DNA of 21,592 nt, from the NCBI GenBank assembly GCA_031416315.1, contig JANOTL010000108.1:1-21592 (forward strand). The letters run 5' to 3'. This DNA is from Pseudomonadota bacterium. GTDB lineage: Bacteria; Bdellovibrionota_B; Oligoflexia; Oligoflexales; CAIYRB01. Shown here piece by piece: positions 9,193 through 18,438 of this stretch; position 1 is the first letter of the stretch, and each line of letters starts with the position of its first letter. The notes below the pieces were generated by a model, which saw only the letters and a program-made list of their open reading frames with translations, ran no database searches and was not told where the DNA came from. A program made the position numbers and the translations under genes.

Positions 9193-9203
9193 GTTCCTGC
9201 GCG

Positions 9204-10313
9204 CTAGTCCTTGAAGTCGTTAACGATCTGCGCCACTTCCCGCACCTCGGTCTCCGTATGCCCGAAAGAGATCGGCAAGCTCAAGGTCGTGCGATGGATC
9301 TCGTCGGCGATCGGAAACTCCAGGCCCGAGAAGCGCGCGGCGAGCGCCACCTGACGATGGGGCGGCACGGGATAATGGATCTCGGTGCCGACGCCGTGCG
9401 CCGTCAGATGCTCGCGAAGCGCGTCGCGCCGCGGGTGGCGAACGTTGAAGATGTGAAACACGTCGAGATTCTCCGGCTCTTCGAGCGGCAGGACGAAGCG
9501 CTTCCGGTCCAGCGTGCCGAAGTAGATCGACGCGAGCTTGCGCTTGTGCGCCGTCATCTCACCCATGCGCGGGAGCTTCGCCCGCAAAAGCGCGGCCTGC
9601 ACCTCATCGAGGCGGGAATTCAGGCCCACGACCTCGTTGTAGTACTTCTTCTTCGAGCCATAGTTGCGCAGCATCCGCAGGCGCTCGGCGACGGCCGGAT
9701 CCTGCGTCAAGGCGAGGCCGGCATCGCCCAGCGCGCCGAGATTCTTCGTCGGATAGAACGAGAAAGCGCCGACGTCGCCGAAACCGCCGGTCATCTTGCC
9801 GCGGTGCAAGGCGCCGTGCGACTGCGCACAGTCCTCGACCACTTTCAGATTGCGGCGGCGCGCGATCGCCATGATGCGCTCCATGTCGCAAGCTTTGCCG
9901 TAGAGGTGCACCACCATGATTGCCGTCGTGCGGGGCGTGATCGCCGCCTCGATCGCGGCCGGATCGATGTTGTAGGTGCGCGGATCCGGCTCGACCAGAA
10001 CCGGGCTCATCGCGCACTGCATGATCGCGAGCACGGTCGCGACGTAGGTGTTCGACGGCACGAGCACCTCGCCGCCCTCCGGCAGCTCCAACGCGCGCAG
10101 CGCCAGCGCCAGCGCGTCGAGGCCCGAGTTCAAGCCGACGCCGTGGCCGCCGCCGCAAAAGGTCGCGAATTCGCCCTCAAACGCCTCGACCTCTTTGCCG
10201 AGGACGAACCAGCCGCTGTCGAGCGTGCGGGAAAAGGCCGCGCGCAGGACGTCCGCGTGAGGAGCGTTGGCGCGCTTCAGGTTTTCGTATGGGATGCGGA
10301 TCGCGGGCGTCAC
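9204..10313 (-). CDS. fdtB: DegT/DnrJ/EryC1/StrS PLP aminotransferase, FdtB/QdtB type (dTDP-3-keto-6-deoxyhexose aminotransferase)
   Basis: [72 protein letters not shown] start overlaps the fdtA stop. Confidence 0.85.
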   Translation of the reverse strand: MTPAIRIPYENLKRANAPHADVLRAAFSRTLDSGWFVLGKEVEAFEGEFATFCGGGHGVGLNSGLDALALALRALELPEGGEVLVPSNTYVATVLAIMQCAMSPVLVEPDPRTYNIDPAAIEAAITPRTTAIMVVHLYGKACDMERIMAIARRRNLKVVEDCAQSHGALHRGKMTGGFGDVGAFSFYPTKNLGALGDAGLALTQDPAVAERLRMLRNYGSKKKYYNEVVGLNSRLDEVQAALLRAKLPRMGEMTAHKRKLASIYFGTLDRKRFVLPLEEPENLDVFHIFNVRHPRRDALREHLTAHGVGTEIHYPVPPHRQVALAARFSGLEFPIADEIHRTTLSLPISFGHTETEVREVAQIVNDFKD

Positions 10314-10678
10314 TTGGGATAGTCCTCGAAGATGTAGTCTTTCGGGTCGAAGTGCGTGGACGCCATCACCATGAGCACGGCGTCCGGGGTAAAATCATAC
10401 ATCGAGTGGAAGTCGCGGGGCTCGAGCAGCAGCATCTTGTCGGGACGATCGAGGTCGAAGACCTCTTCTTTCGCGCCGTCGTTGTTGCGGATGCGGCATT
10501 TGCCGGCGATGCAGACGGCCGCCTGTACGGTCGTATGGTGGCGGTGATTGCCGCGCACGGAAGCGTCGACGCCGTAGATGTAGAAGACGCGCTTGATGTC
10601 GAATGGGACGATCTTCTCGATGACCGTGAGATGGCCCCTCCCGTCGGAAATCGTCTTCAACTGGATGAATCGCGCCAT
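10310..10678 (-). CDS. fdtA: FdtA/QdtA family cupin sugar 3,4-ketoisomerase
   Basis: [39 protein letters not shown]; directly upstream of the FdtB-type gene. Confidence 0.88.
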   Translation of the reverse strand: MARFIQLKTISDGRGHLTVIEKIVPFDIKRVFYIYGVDASVRGNHRHHTTVQAAVCIAGKCRIRNNDGAKEEVFDLDRPDKMLLLEPRDFHSMYDFTPDAVLMVMASTHFDPKDYIFEDYPK

Positions 10679-10680
10679 CG

Positions 10681-11892
10681 TCAGCTCCGTGAGAGATAGT
10701 GCCGGGCAATCGCGTCCCAGTTGAAGCGCTCGCGAATCAGGCTCAGGGAGGCCTCTCCCATCCGCGCTCGCAGGTCTAGGTCGGCGATCAGCTCGCGCGT
10801 CCTTGCGGCGAGCGCGCCGCTGTCGTCTTCATCATGCAGGAATCCGTTGACGCCGTCGAAGACCACGAGGTCGTTGCCGCCGACCCGCGAAGCGACGATG
10901 GGCCGCGCGCACGCCATGGCCTCGGGCACGACGACGTTCAGCCCGTCGGAGGGCAGGCGGCGCGAGGGCATCAGGAGGATGTCGCAAGCACTGTAATAGC
11001 CGGAGAGCTCCGCCAAGGGGATCCGGCCGAGGAAGAAGGCGCGACCTTCCGCGCCGTTGGCCGCGAGGATCGCGCGATACGCGCCCTCCTCCGCGCCGTC
11101 GCCGATCAGGAAGAGCTTGGCCTCCGGGATCTCGGCCAAGGCCCGCAGCCCCGTGGCGAAGCCTTTCTTGGGCACGAACCGGCCGACCATCAGCAGAAAG
11201 ACGTCGCGGTCGGCGACGCCGAGCTTGGCGCGGATGAAGCTGCGGCGCTGCGCGTCGAATCGCACCTGCTGATCGTCGACGCCGTAGATCACCAGCTCGA
11301 TTTTGGCGGCCGGGATGCCGAGCTTGATCAAATCTTCCTTGAGATCCGAGCTATTGCAGCTCAGGTAGTCGCATCCCGCCAGGCGTCGGCCGAGCCAGCG
11401 CCCGACGGCGCCGAGGTTCGTCAGGACGGTGACGTCGGAGCCCGGGAAAGAGACGAAGATCTTAGTGCCATGCGCCCCGGCGAGCCAACGCGCCGCGAGC
11501 GCGATGAAAGCATTCGGCACGGCCCAATGCGCCTGCACGACGTCGAACTTCTCGCGTCGCATGGCCGCCGCCAGCTTGAGCGTTCCGACCAGCGCCAGAA
11601 AGGGCAGGGCGAGAAGCTCGGTCCAGGCCAGTTTCAGATCGCCCTTCATGATCGGCGCCGCGCCGAGCGTGTGCGCCGCGTCGAACGGCAGATAGCGGAA
11701 GCAGACGAGTCTCGGGTTCGCATCGGCCGGCGTCGGGCGGGTCCAGGTCTTCACGAACGGCGTGAACACCGTGACCTCGGCCGTCTTTGCCAAGGCGCGC
11801 GCCAACGCTTCGACGAAGTTGGCTCGCCAGTCGCCTTCGAAGCACGGATACGAGTGCGACACGATCGCGAACTTCTTGCGCGCGGCGCTCAT
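10681..11892 (-). CDS. Glycosyltransferase family 4 (GT-B)
   Basis: HSYP, DVVQAHWAVP, GSDV, VGRFVPKKG, DGLNVVVPEAMACARPIVASRVGG, DGVNG, RFNWD. Confidence 0.92.
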   Translation of the reverse strand: MSAARKKFAIVSHSYPCFEGDWRANFVEALARALAKTAEVTVFTPFVKTWTRPTPADANPRLVCFRYLPFDAAHTLGAAPIMKGDLKLAWTELLALPFLALVGTLKLAAAMRREKFDVVQAHWAVPNAFIALAARWLAGAHGTKIFVSFPGSDVTVLTNLGAVGRWLGRRLAGCDYLSCNSSDLKEDLIKLGIPAAKIELVIYGVDDQQVRFDAQRRSFIRAKLGVADRDVFLLMVGRFVPKKGFATGLRALAEIPEAKLFLIGDGAEEGAYRAILAANGAEGRAFFLGRIPLAELSGYYSACDILLMPSRRLPSDGLNVVVPEAMACARPIVASRVGGNDLVVFDGVNGFLHDEDDSGALAARTRELIADLDLRARMGEASLSLIRERFNWDAIARHYLSRS

Positions 11893-13311
11893 CTACCAGT
11901 CCGCCTTCAGGATCAATGCTCTTTCGACGGGATGCTCCATCCAGATCCGGAAGCCCTGAAGCGAATAGACCAGGACGAAGGCCGCAGCCACGAAGGCTGC
12001 AGGCTTAGGTTTTAGCATTGAAAACAATGGCTTGTGAAGCACGAAGATGAGCGGTGCCAGTACGGGGAACCAGTAGCGCCCCTGTAGCCCCGCACCGAAC
12101 ACGCCGAGTCTTAGATACGAGTCGTAGTTCTCGAGGACCACGATGGCCGCGTAGGCCGAGCTGACGAGCAGGACGGCCCACCAGAGCGAATTCCGGAGCA
12201 CGTCGCGGCGCCGCACCGCGGCGAAGACGATGGCAGCGGCACAAAGGGAGAGTCCGCGGCGGAACGGATAGCGCTCGTGCTGGGTCGGCTTCAGGTCTCG
12301 ATGCGACATGATGCCGACGACCGTCTCCTCCCAGCGTTTGAAGTAAAGGCGGAGGAAAGCCTTCAGCGAATGGCGCGGCTGCCCCGCCGACATGCCGATC
12401 AGCATCTTGTCTCGGATCGACTGCGAGTATTCCTTCGCGCAGATCTCCGCGCCGATCACGTCCTCGCAGGTCGGATAGATCGCTTGGTAGCGGGCGTAGT
12501 TGGCGCCGTAGAGGCGCACGTTCGAGCGCAGAAGGACGAGGACGGCGAGTATGCCGACAATCTGCGCCGGAGTGCGCGGGATCTGCCGCCAGAATTCCCG
12601 CGTCGCCAGAGCCTTGCGCCCGAGCGCAAAGGCGGCGATCACGATCCCGGCGCCGAGCGGCAAAAAGACGACCTTCGTCAGGCAACCAAGAAGCACCAGC
12701 GCGCCGAGCGCCAAGAAACGGCCGGGCGTCGCACGCCGAGCGATCAAGGCCAAGAGCCAAAAGCTCCCGAGCGCCTGCGGAATCACGAGATTGTCGTAGT
12801 TCGCCATGCCGCTGATGAACGTGTACATCAATGTCGTCGCCATGAAGAACAGGACCACCACCGCGCAGGGCAAGCTCGCGCCTGCGGCGAAGAGAAAGCC
12901 GGCAGTGCAGGCAAACCCGACCGTCGCCATGGCGACGCTGGCCCAGCGGATGACCTCGACGTCTTTCATGTAGCGGGGATAATCGACGGTGAACGCGGCG
13001 TCGTAGTAGACGTGCGCCGTCTTATCCAAGTCCTCGCCGCGCAGCGTGTAGACGGCTCTCAAGGTCTTGCCCATCAGCCAATGATAGACGAAGGGCGATC
13101 GGCTCAAGGGGCCGAACTGGTAGGTAAGGGGTCCTTCTCGGTCCTGGACGCGAAAGCCTTCGGCTGAGGCCCAGATCCGCGTCGCGTTGGCGTGAAACCA
13201 CTCGTCCGGCGGCGCGTCGTGATTCACCGCCGCCGCGAAATAGCTCGCCTGCGCCGCGAACATCGCCACGAGCAGCGCCGTGACCAGGGCCGGGATCCTG
13301 CGCCGGAGCAT
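11893..13311 (-). CDS. Polytopic membrane protein, DUF2142-like / GT-C superfamily glycosyltransferase candidate
   Basis: N-terminal TM followed by PPDEWFH (acidic pair in the first external loop), many hydrophobic segments, NYDNL, LTK and C-terminal LQGRYWFP. Confidence 0.65.
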   Translation of the reverse strand: MLRRRIPALVTALLVAMFAAQASYFAAAVNHDAPPDEWFHANATRIWASAEGFRVQDREGPLTYQFGPLSRSPFVYHWLMGKTLRAVYTLRGEDLDKTAHVYYDAAFTVDYPRYMKDVEVIRWASVAMATVGFACTAGFLFAAGASLPCAVVVLFFMATTLMYTFISGMANYDNLVIPQALGSFWLLALIARRATPGRFLALGALVLLGCLTKVVFLPLGAGIVIAAFALGRKALATREFWRQIPRTPAQIVGILAVLVLLRSNVRLYGANYARYQAIYPTCEDVIGAEICAKEYSQSIRDKMLIGMSAGQPRHSLKAFLRLYFKRWEETVVGIMSHRDLKPTQHERYPFRRGLSLCAAAIVFAAVRRRDVLRNSLWWAVLLVSSAYAAIVVLENYDSYLRLGVFGAGLQGRYWFPVLAPLIFVLHKPLFSMLKPKPAAFVAAAFVLVYSLQGFRIWMEHPVERALILKADW

Positions 13312-13312
13312 C

Positions 13313-14263
13313 TCAGCGCAAGCTTTTATTGGCTTCCATGTCGAACGACATGGCGAACAATGTAAAGAGCCAGCCCATCGTCACAAAGAACATGAAGGCC
13401 AGGAAATTCACCCGCGGGATCTCGCCGAAACGGACGACAAACCAAACGATCCTCAGGGCGAGCGGCACGCTCAGGGCAAAGAGTCCGAACCCGAACATGT
13501 AGAAGAACACCAGGGGGTGGAAATCCCGGATTACGTACTTGTCGCGGAGGCGACGGAAGAAGAGGCGCACGAGGAGCCAGCCGATACTGAAGATCACCTT
13601 GTGGACCTTGATCCCCGACTTCTCGCCGATGTTGTAGACCGGCTTGATCGGGACGTCGCGCACGCGGAAACTGTGGATGTTGAGCGTAACGAGGAGGTCG
13701 TTCGGCTGCCCGTAGCGCTTGTACATGCGATCCCAGTCGATCGCCTTCAACGCCTTCAGGTTGATCGCGGTATAGCCCGTCTGTGAGTCCGCGACGTGCC
13801 AGTAGCCCGAGGCGATCTTGGTCAGGAGCGACAGGGCCGAGTTGCCGAAATAGCGCACTTTCGGGATCAGCTTAAACGCCTCGCCGGAGACGAGACGATT
13901 GCCCTTCGAATAGTCGACCTCGCCGGCCGCCACCGGCTCCAAGAGCGCCGGCAGGTCGTTCGGGTCCATCTGCGCGTCGCCGGCCATGACGACCGCGATG
14001 TCATATGTATGATCGCGCGCCCACTTGTATCCCGAGGCGATCGCCCCGCCGACGCCCTGGTTGATCTCGTGGTTGATCAAGGTCACCCGGGAGTTCCCTG
14101 CCTTGATGTAACCCGTCACCACCTCGGCCGTACGATCCCGGCTGGTGTCGTTGATGATGATGATACGGTCGATGAACTCGGGCATCGTGTCGATGACACG
14201 CCCAATCAGCAGCTCCTCATTGTGAGCCGGCACGACGACGGCGATGCGCTTTCCCGCGAACAT
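13313..14263 (-). CDS. Glycosyltransferase family 2, DPM/polyprenol-phosphate glycosyltransferase-like, with two C-terminal TM helices
   Basis: VVVPAHNEE, INDTSRD, NQGVGGAI, MAGDAQMDP, KGNR, RYFGN, DSQTGY, followed by two hydrophobic helices. Confidence 0.88.
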   Translation of the reverse strand: MFAGKRIAVVVPAHNEELLIGRVIDTMPEFIDRIIIINDTSRDRTAEVVTGYIKAGNSRVTLINHEINQGVGGAIASGYKWARDHTYDIAVVMAGDAQMDPNDLPALLEPVAAGEVDYSKGNRLVSGEAFKLIPKVRYFGNSALSLLTKIASGYWHVADSQTGYTAINLKALKAIDWDRMYKRYGQPNDLLVTLNIHSFRVRDVPIKPVYNIGEKSGIKVHKVIFSIGWLLVRLFFRRLRDKYVIRDFHPLVFFYMFGFGLFALSVPLALRIVWFVVRFGEIPRVNFLAFMFFVTMGWLFTLFAMSFDMEANKSLR

Positions 14264-14344
14264 CCTTGGGTAATCCCCTACCTGAGACCGAGTCCGAAGG
14301 GGTCAGGAAACCATTCCGGGCCGGCTCCGTCAATCACTCTCGGC

Positions 14345-14374
14345 TTGTCCTTCGCCAACTCCCGGCCCTATAGT
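14345..14374 (+). promoter_or_regulatory. Putative sigma70 promoter for the wbp operon
   Basis: TTGTCC (14345-14350), an 18-nt spacer and TATAGT (14369-14374) in the divergent intergenic region. GGAG SD precedes GTG 14412. Confidence 0.5.
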
Positions 14375-14411
14375 CTCGCCTGCCAAGAACTTCAGCGAAT
14401 GGAGCGATATC

Positions 14412-15349
14412 GTGGCCAATTTTGCCATGATCGGCGCCGCGGGCTTCGTCGCCCCGCGCCATCTCAAGGCCATCCATGACACCGGCAACGTGCTGGTCGC
14501 GGCGACCGATCCGAACGACTCGGTCGGCATCCTCGACAAATATTTTCCCGACGCGAAGTTTTTCACGGAGATCGAGCGTTTTGATCGCCATCTCGAGAAG
14601 CTCCGGCGGCAATCCGAGGAGGCCCGCGTCAAGTACGTCTCCGTCTGCAGCCCGAACTATCTTCACGATTCTCACGTGCGCCTCGCCCTGCGTTGCCAAG
14701 CTCATGCGATCTGCGAGAAGCCGCTCGTCATCAGCCCGTGGAACGTCGACGCGCTGCGCGAGATCGAGGAAGAGACGGGGTGCCGTGTCCACACGGTGCT
14801 GCAGCTGCGCCTCATCCCGAGCTTGATGAAGCTGCGTGAGGAGATCCACGCGCAAGCCGCAGGCAAAAAGGCCGACGTCGTCCTCTCCTATATGACCAAG
14901 CGCGGCGCATGGTACGACGCGTCCTGGAAAGGCCAGCTGGAGAAATCCGGCGGCGTCGGCATGAACATCGGCATCCATTTCTTCGACCTCATGCTCTGGC
15001 TCTTCGGCCCAATGGAGAAGAGCACGCTCAATCTGCGCGAAGGCCGCCGCATGGCGGGGACGCTCGAGCTCGCGCGGGCGCGCGTGCGCTGGTTTCTCTC
15101 GATCGACGAGCGCGACCTTCCCGAGAACGTGCGCGCCGAGGGCAAATCCGCGTTCCGCTCGATGAAGCTCGACGGCCGCGAGATCGAGTTCTCGGAAGGC
15201 TTCGGCGACCTCCACACGCGCGTCTACGAGGAAGTGCTCGCCGGCCGCGGCTTCACGCTCGACGACGCTCGCCCGGCCATCGAGGTGGTGCACTCGCTGC
15301 GCGGCATGGAACCCAGGGCCGCTTCCGGCAAAGATGCGCATCCCCTGCT

Positions 15350-15353
<4 letters not shown>
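14412..15353 (+). CDS. wbpB: UDP-GlcNAcA 3-dehydrogenase (Gfo/Idh/MocA family, WbpB/WlbA type)
   Basis: NFAMIGAAGFVAPRHLKAI, DSVGILD, SPNYLH, ICEKPLV, SWKG..EKSGG, NIGIHFFD, EFSEGF.DLHT. Confidence 0.9.
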
Positions 15354-15934
<581 letters not shown>

Positions 15935-15948
15935 GAAGGAGATACGCT

Positions 15949-17067
15949 TTGGGTTCTGCCGCCAAGATTCCGCTCATCGACATGAGCGCCGAGGTCACGG
16001 CCCTTTGGGACGAGCTCAACGCCGCGATCCAGAAGGTCCTGCGCTCGGGCGCCTTCATCGGCGGAGCCGAGGTCGGGGAGCTCGAGAAACGCATCGCGAA
16101 CTACCTCGGCTCTAAGCATGCAATCGCCCTCAACAGCGGCACCGACGCCCTCGTCATCGCGCTGCGCGCCATGGGCGTCGAAGCCGGCGACGAAGTGATC
16201 ACGACGCCTTTCACCTTCTTTGCGACGGCGGAGGCGGTGAGCCACTTGGGCGCGAAGCCGGTGTTCGTCGACGTCGATCCCGACACCTTCAACATCGATC
16301 CGGCCTTGATCGACAAGGCCGTGACGGCGAAGACGCGCGCCATCATCCCCGTCCACCTCTTCGGCCAAGCCGCCGAGATGCGGCCGATCATGGCGCTCGC
16401 CGAAAAGCGCGGCCTGAAGGTGCTCGAGGACGTCGCGCAAGCATTTGGCTCGGCTTACGGCGGCAAGAAGCTCGGCGCCATCGGTCATGCTGCTGCGCAC
16501 AGCTTCTTCCCCACGAAGAACCTCGGTTGTTACGGCGACGGCGGCATGCTGACCACCGACGACGACCGCATCGCCGAGCTGTCGCGCATGCTGCGAACGC
16601 ACGGCGCGAAGGTGAAATATCAAAATGAATTAGTGGGTTACAACTCGCGGCTGGACACGATCCAAGCCGCAATCCTCAGCGTGAAACTGCCACACCTAGA
16701 CCGCTGGCTCGATAGCCGCCGAGCGATCGCGCGTCGTTATGACGAGGGCCTATCGCGCCTTTCCGGCATCGTCACGCCGAAACGCGGCGAAGGTCTCGAC
16801 CACTCCTTCTACGCGTACACGATCCGCGTGACCGGCGGGAAGCGCGACGAGCTGCGCGCGGCGCTTGCCGTCGACGGCATCGAGACGATGATCTATTATC
16901 CGACGCCCGTGCATCGCTTGCCGCTCTACCGCGACGCCGCGCCCAGCATGAAGGTCGCCGAGCGCCTCGCCGGTGAAGTGCTGAGCCTTCCGATCTGGCC
17001 CAACATGCCCGAAGAGACCCAGGCGACCGTCCTCGATTCTCTCAAACGTGCCGTTTCGAAATACTAA
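15949..17067 (+). CDS. wbpE: DegT family PLP aminotransferase, WbpE/WlbC type
   Basis: Probable TTG start at 15949 with SD AAGGAG at 15936-15941. FIGG.EV, NSGTDAL, TPFTFFATAE, EDVAQAFG, SFFPTKNLGCYGDGG, NSRLDTIQAA. Specificity is inferred from its position between wbpD and wbpA. Confidence 0.8.
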   Translation: MGSAAKIPLIDMSAEVTALWDELNAAIQKVLRSGAFIGGAEVGELEKRIANYLGSKHAIALNSGTDALVIALRAMGVEAGDEVITTPFTFFATAEAVSHLGAKPVFVDVDPDTFNIDPALIDKAVTAKTRAIIPVHLFGQAAEMRPIMALAEKRGLKVLEDVAQAFGSAYGGKKLGAIGHAAAHSFFPTKNLGCYGDGGMLTTDDDRIAELSRMLRTHGAKVKYQNELVGYNSRLDTIQAAILSVKLPHLDRWLDSRRAIARRYDEGLSRLSGIVTPKRGEGLDHSFYAYTIRVTGGKRDELRAALAVDGIETMIYYPTPVHRLPLYRDAAPSMKVAERLAGEVLSLPIWPNMPEETQATVLDSLKRAVSKY

Positions 17068-17076
17068 GGATTCAGC

Positions 17077-18426
17077 ATGAACGACTATGCCTCCCAAATG
17101 CTCGAGAAGATTCGAAACAAAAACCTCAAAGTCGGCATCATCGGCCTAGGCTACGTCGGCCTACCCTTGGCGCTCGCGTACGTCGACAAGGGTTTCAAAG
17201 TCCTCGGCTTCGACGTCGACCCGACGAAGATCAAGATGCTGAAAGAGGGCAAGTGCTACATCAAGCACTTGGATTCCCGCCGCTCGGAGGCGACGCTCGC
17301 GACCGGCGGGCTCGAGGGGACCGTCGACTTTACGCGCTTGGGCGAGCCCGACGCGCTCATCATCGCCGTGCCGACGCCCTTGACGCCTCAGCGCGAGCCG
17401 GACATGAGCTACGTCGTCAACACGACGGAAGCGATCGCGAAGTGCCTGCGTAAAGGCCAGATCGTGGTGCTCGAGTCGACGACCTACCCGGGCACGACCG
17501 ACGAGCTCATGAAGGACATCCTCGAGAAGCGCACCAACCTGAAGTCGGGGCAGGACTTCTTCCTGGCCTTCTCCCCCGAGCGCGAGGACCCGGGTAACGC
17601 GAAGTACCAGACGACGACGATCCCGAAAGTCGTGGGCGGCGTGGATCCCATCTCCGGCGACCTCGCGCAAAGCCTCTACGACCAGGTGATCACCAAGACC
17701 GTCCGCGTCTCGAGCGCGCGCGCCGCCGAAGCGTCGAAGCTCACCGAGAACATCTTCCGCGCCGTCAACATCGCCCTCGTGAACGAGCTCAAGGTCGTCT
17801 ACGACAAGATGGGCATCAACGTGTGGGAAGTGCTCGATGCCGCCGCGACCAAACCCTTCGGCTTCATGCGCTTCAATCCGGGCCCGGGCTGGGGCGGCCA
17901 CTGCATTCCGCTCGACCCGTTCTACCTCGCCTGGAAGGCCCGCGAGTTCGGCGTCTCGCCGAAGTTCATCGAGCTCGCCGGTGAAGTCAACGTCGCCATG
18001 CCGCACTACGTCGTGACGAAGCTGCAACACGCCCTCAACGAGGCGAAGAAGTCGGTCAAGGGCTCGAAGCTTCTCGTGATGGGCGTCGCCTACAAGAAGG
18101 ACGTCGACGACATGCGCGAGAGCCCGTCGATGGAGGTCATGCACCTCCTCGAGGAGCTCGGCGCGCAATTCGACTACCACGATCCGCACGTGCCGACGAT
18201 GCCGCCCACGCGCCACTCGCCGAAACGCGAGGGCCTCAAGTCAGTGGCGCTCACCGCCGACGCCGTCGCCAAGTACGACGCGGTCGTGGTCGTCACTGAT
18301 CACACGAACGTCGATTACGCGCTCGTCGGCAAAGCGGCGCAGCTCATCGTCGACTCGCGCGGCATCTACCAGCAGGCGCAATACTCGCAGATCGCGGGCT
18401 TGAAAGAGAAATTGATCATGGCCTGA
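17077..18426 (+). CDS. wbpA: UDP-GlcNAc 6-dehydrogenase (nucleotide-sugar dehydrogenase, WbpA type)
   Basis: IGLGYVGLPLA, VPTP, LESTTYPGTT, FSPEREDPGN, KLTENIFRAVNIALVNEL, GPGWGGHCIPLDPFYL, AYKKDVDDMRESP. Confidence 0.88.
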   Translation: MNDYASQMLEKIRNKNLKVGIIGLGYVGLPLALAYVDKGFKVLGFDVDPTKIKMLKEGKCYIKHLDSRRSEATLATGGLEGTVDFTRLGEPDALIIAVPTPLTPQREPDMSYVVNTTEAIAKCLRKGQIVVLESTTYPGTTDELMKDILEKRTNLKSGQDFFLAFSPEREDPGNAKYQTTTIPKVVGGVDPISGDLAQSLYDQVITKTVRVSSARAAEASKLTENIFRAVNIALVNELKVVYDKMGINVWEVLDAAATKPFGFMRFNPGPGWGGHCIPLDPFYLAWKAREFGVSPKFIELAGEVNVAMPHYVVTKLQHALNEAKKSVKGSKLLVMGVAYKKDVDDMRESPSMEVMHLLEELGAQFDYHDPHVPTMPPTRHSPKREGLKSVALTADAVAKYDAVVVVTDHTNVDYALVGKAAQLIVDSRGIYQQAQYSQIAGLKEKLIMA

Positions 18427-18438
18427 GCGGCCTGAGCC

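Noticed and set aside
18421..18437. Tandem GCCTGAGC repeat at the wbpA/hrpB junction as a target-site duplication
   Set aside because: Only 8 bp in GC-rich DNA, with no mobile element or matching copy noticed at the other end of the cluster.
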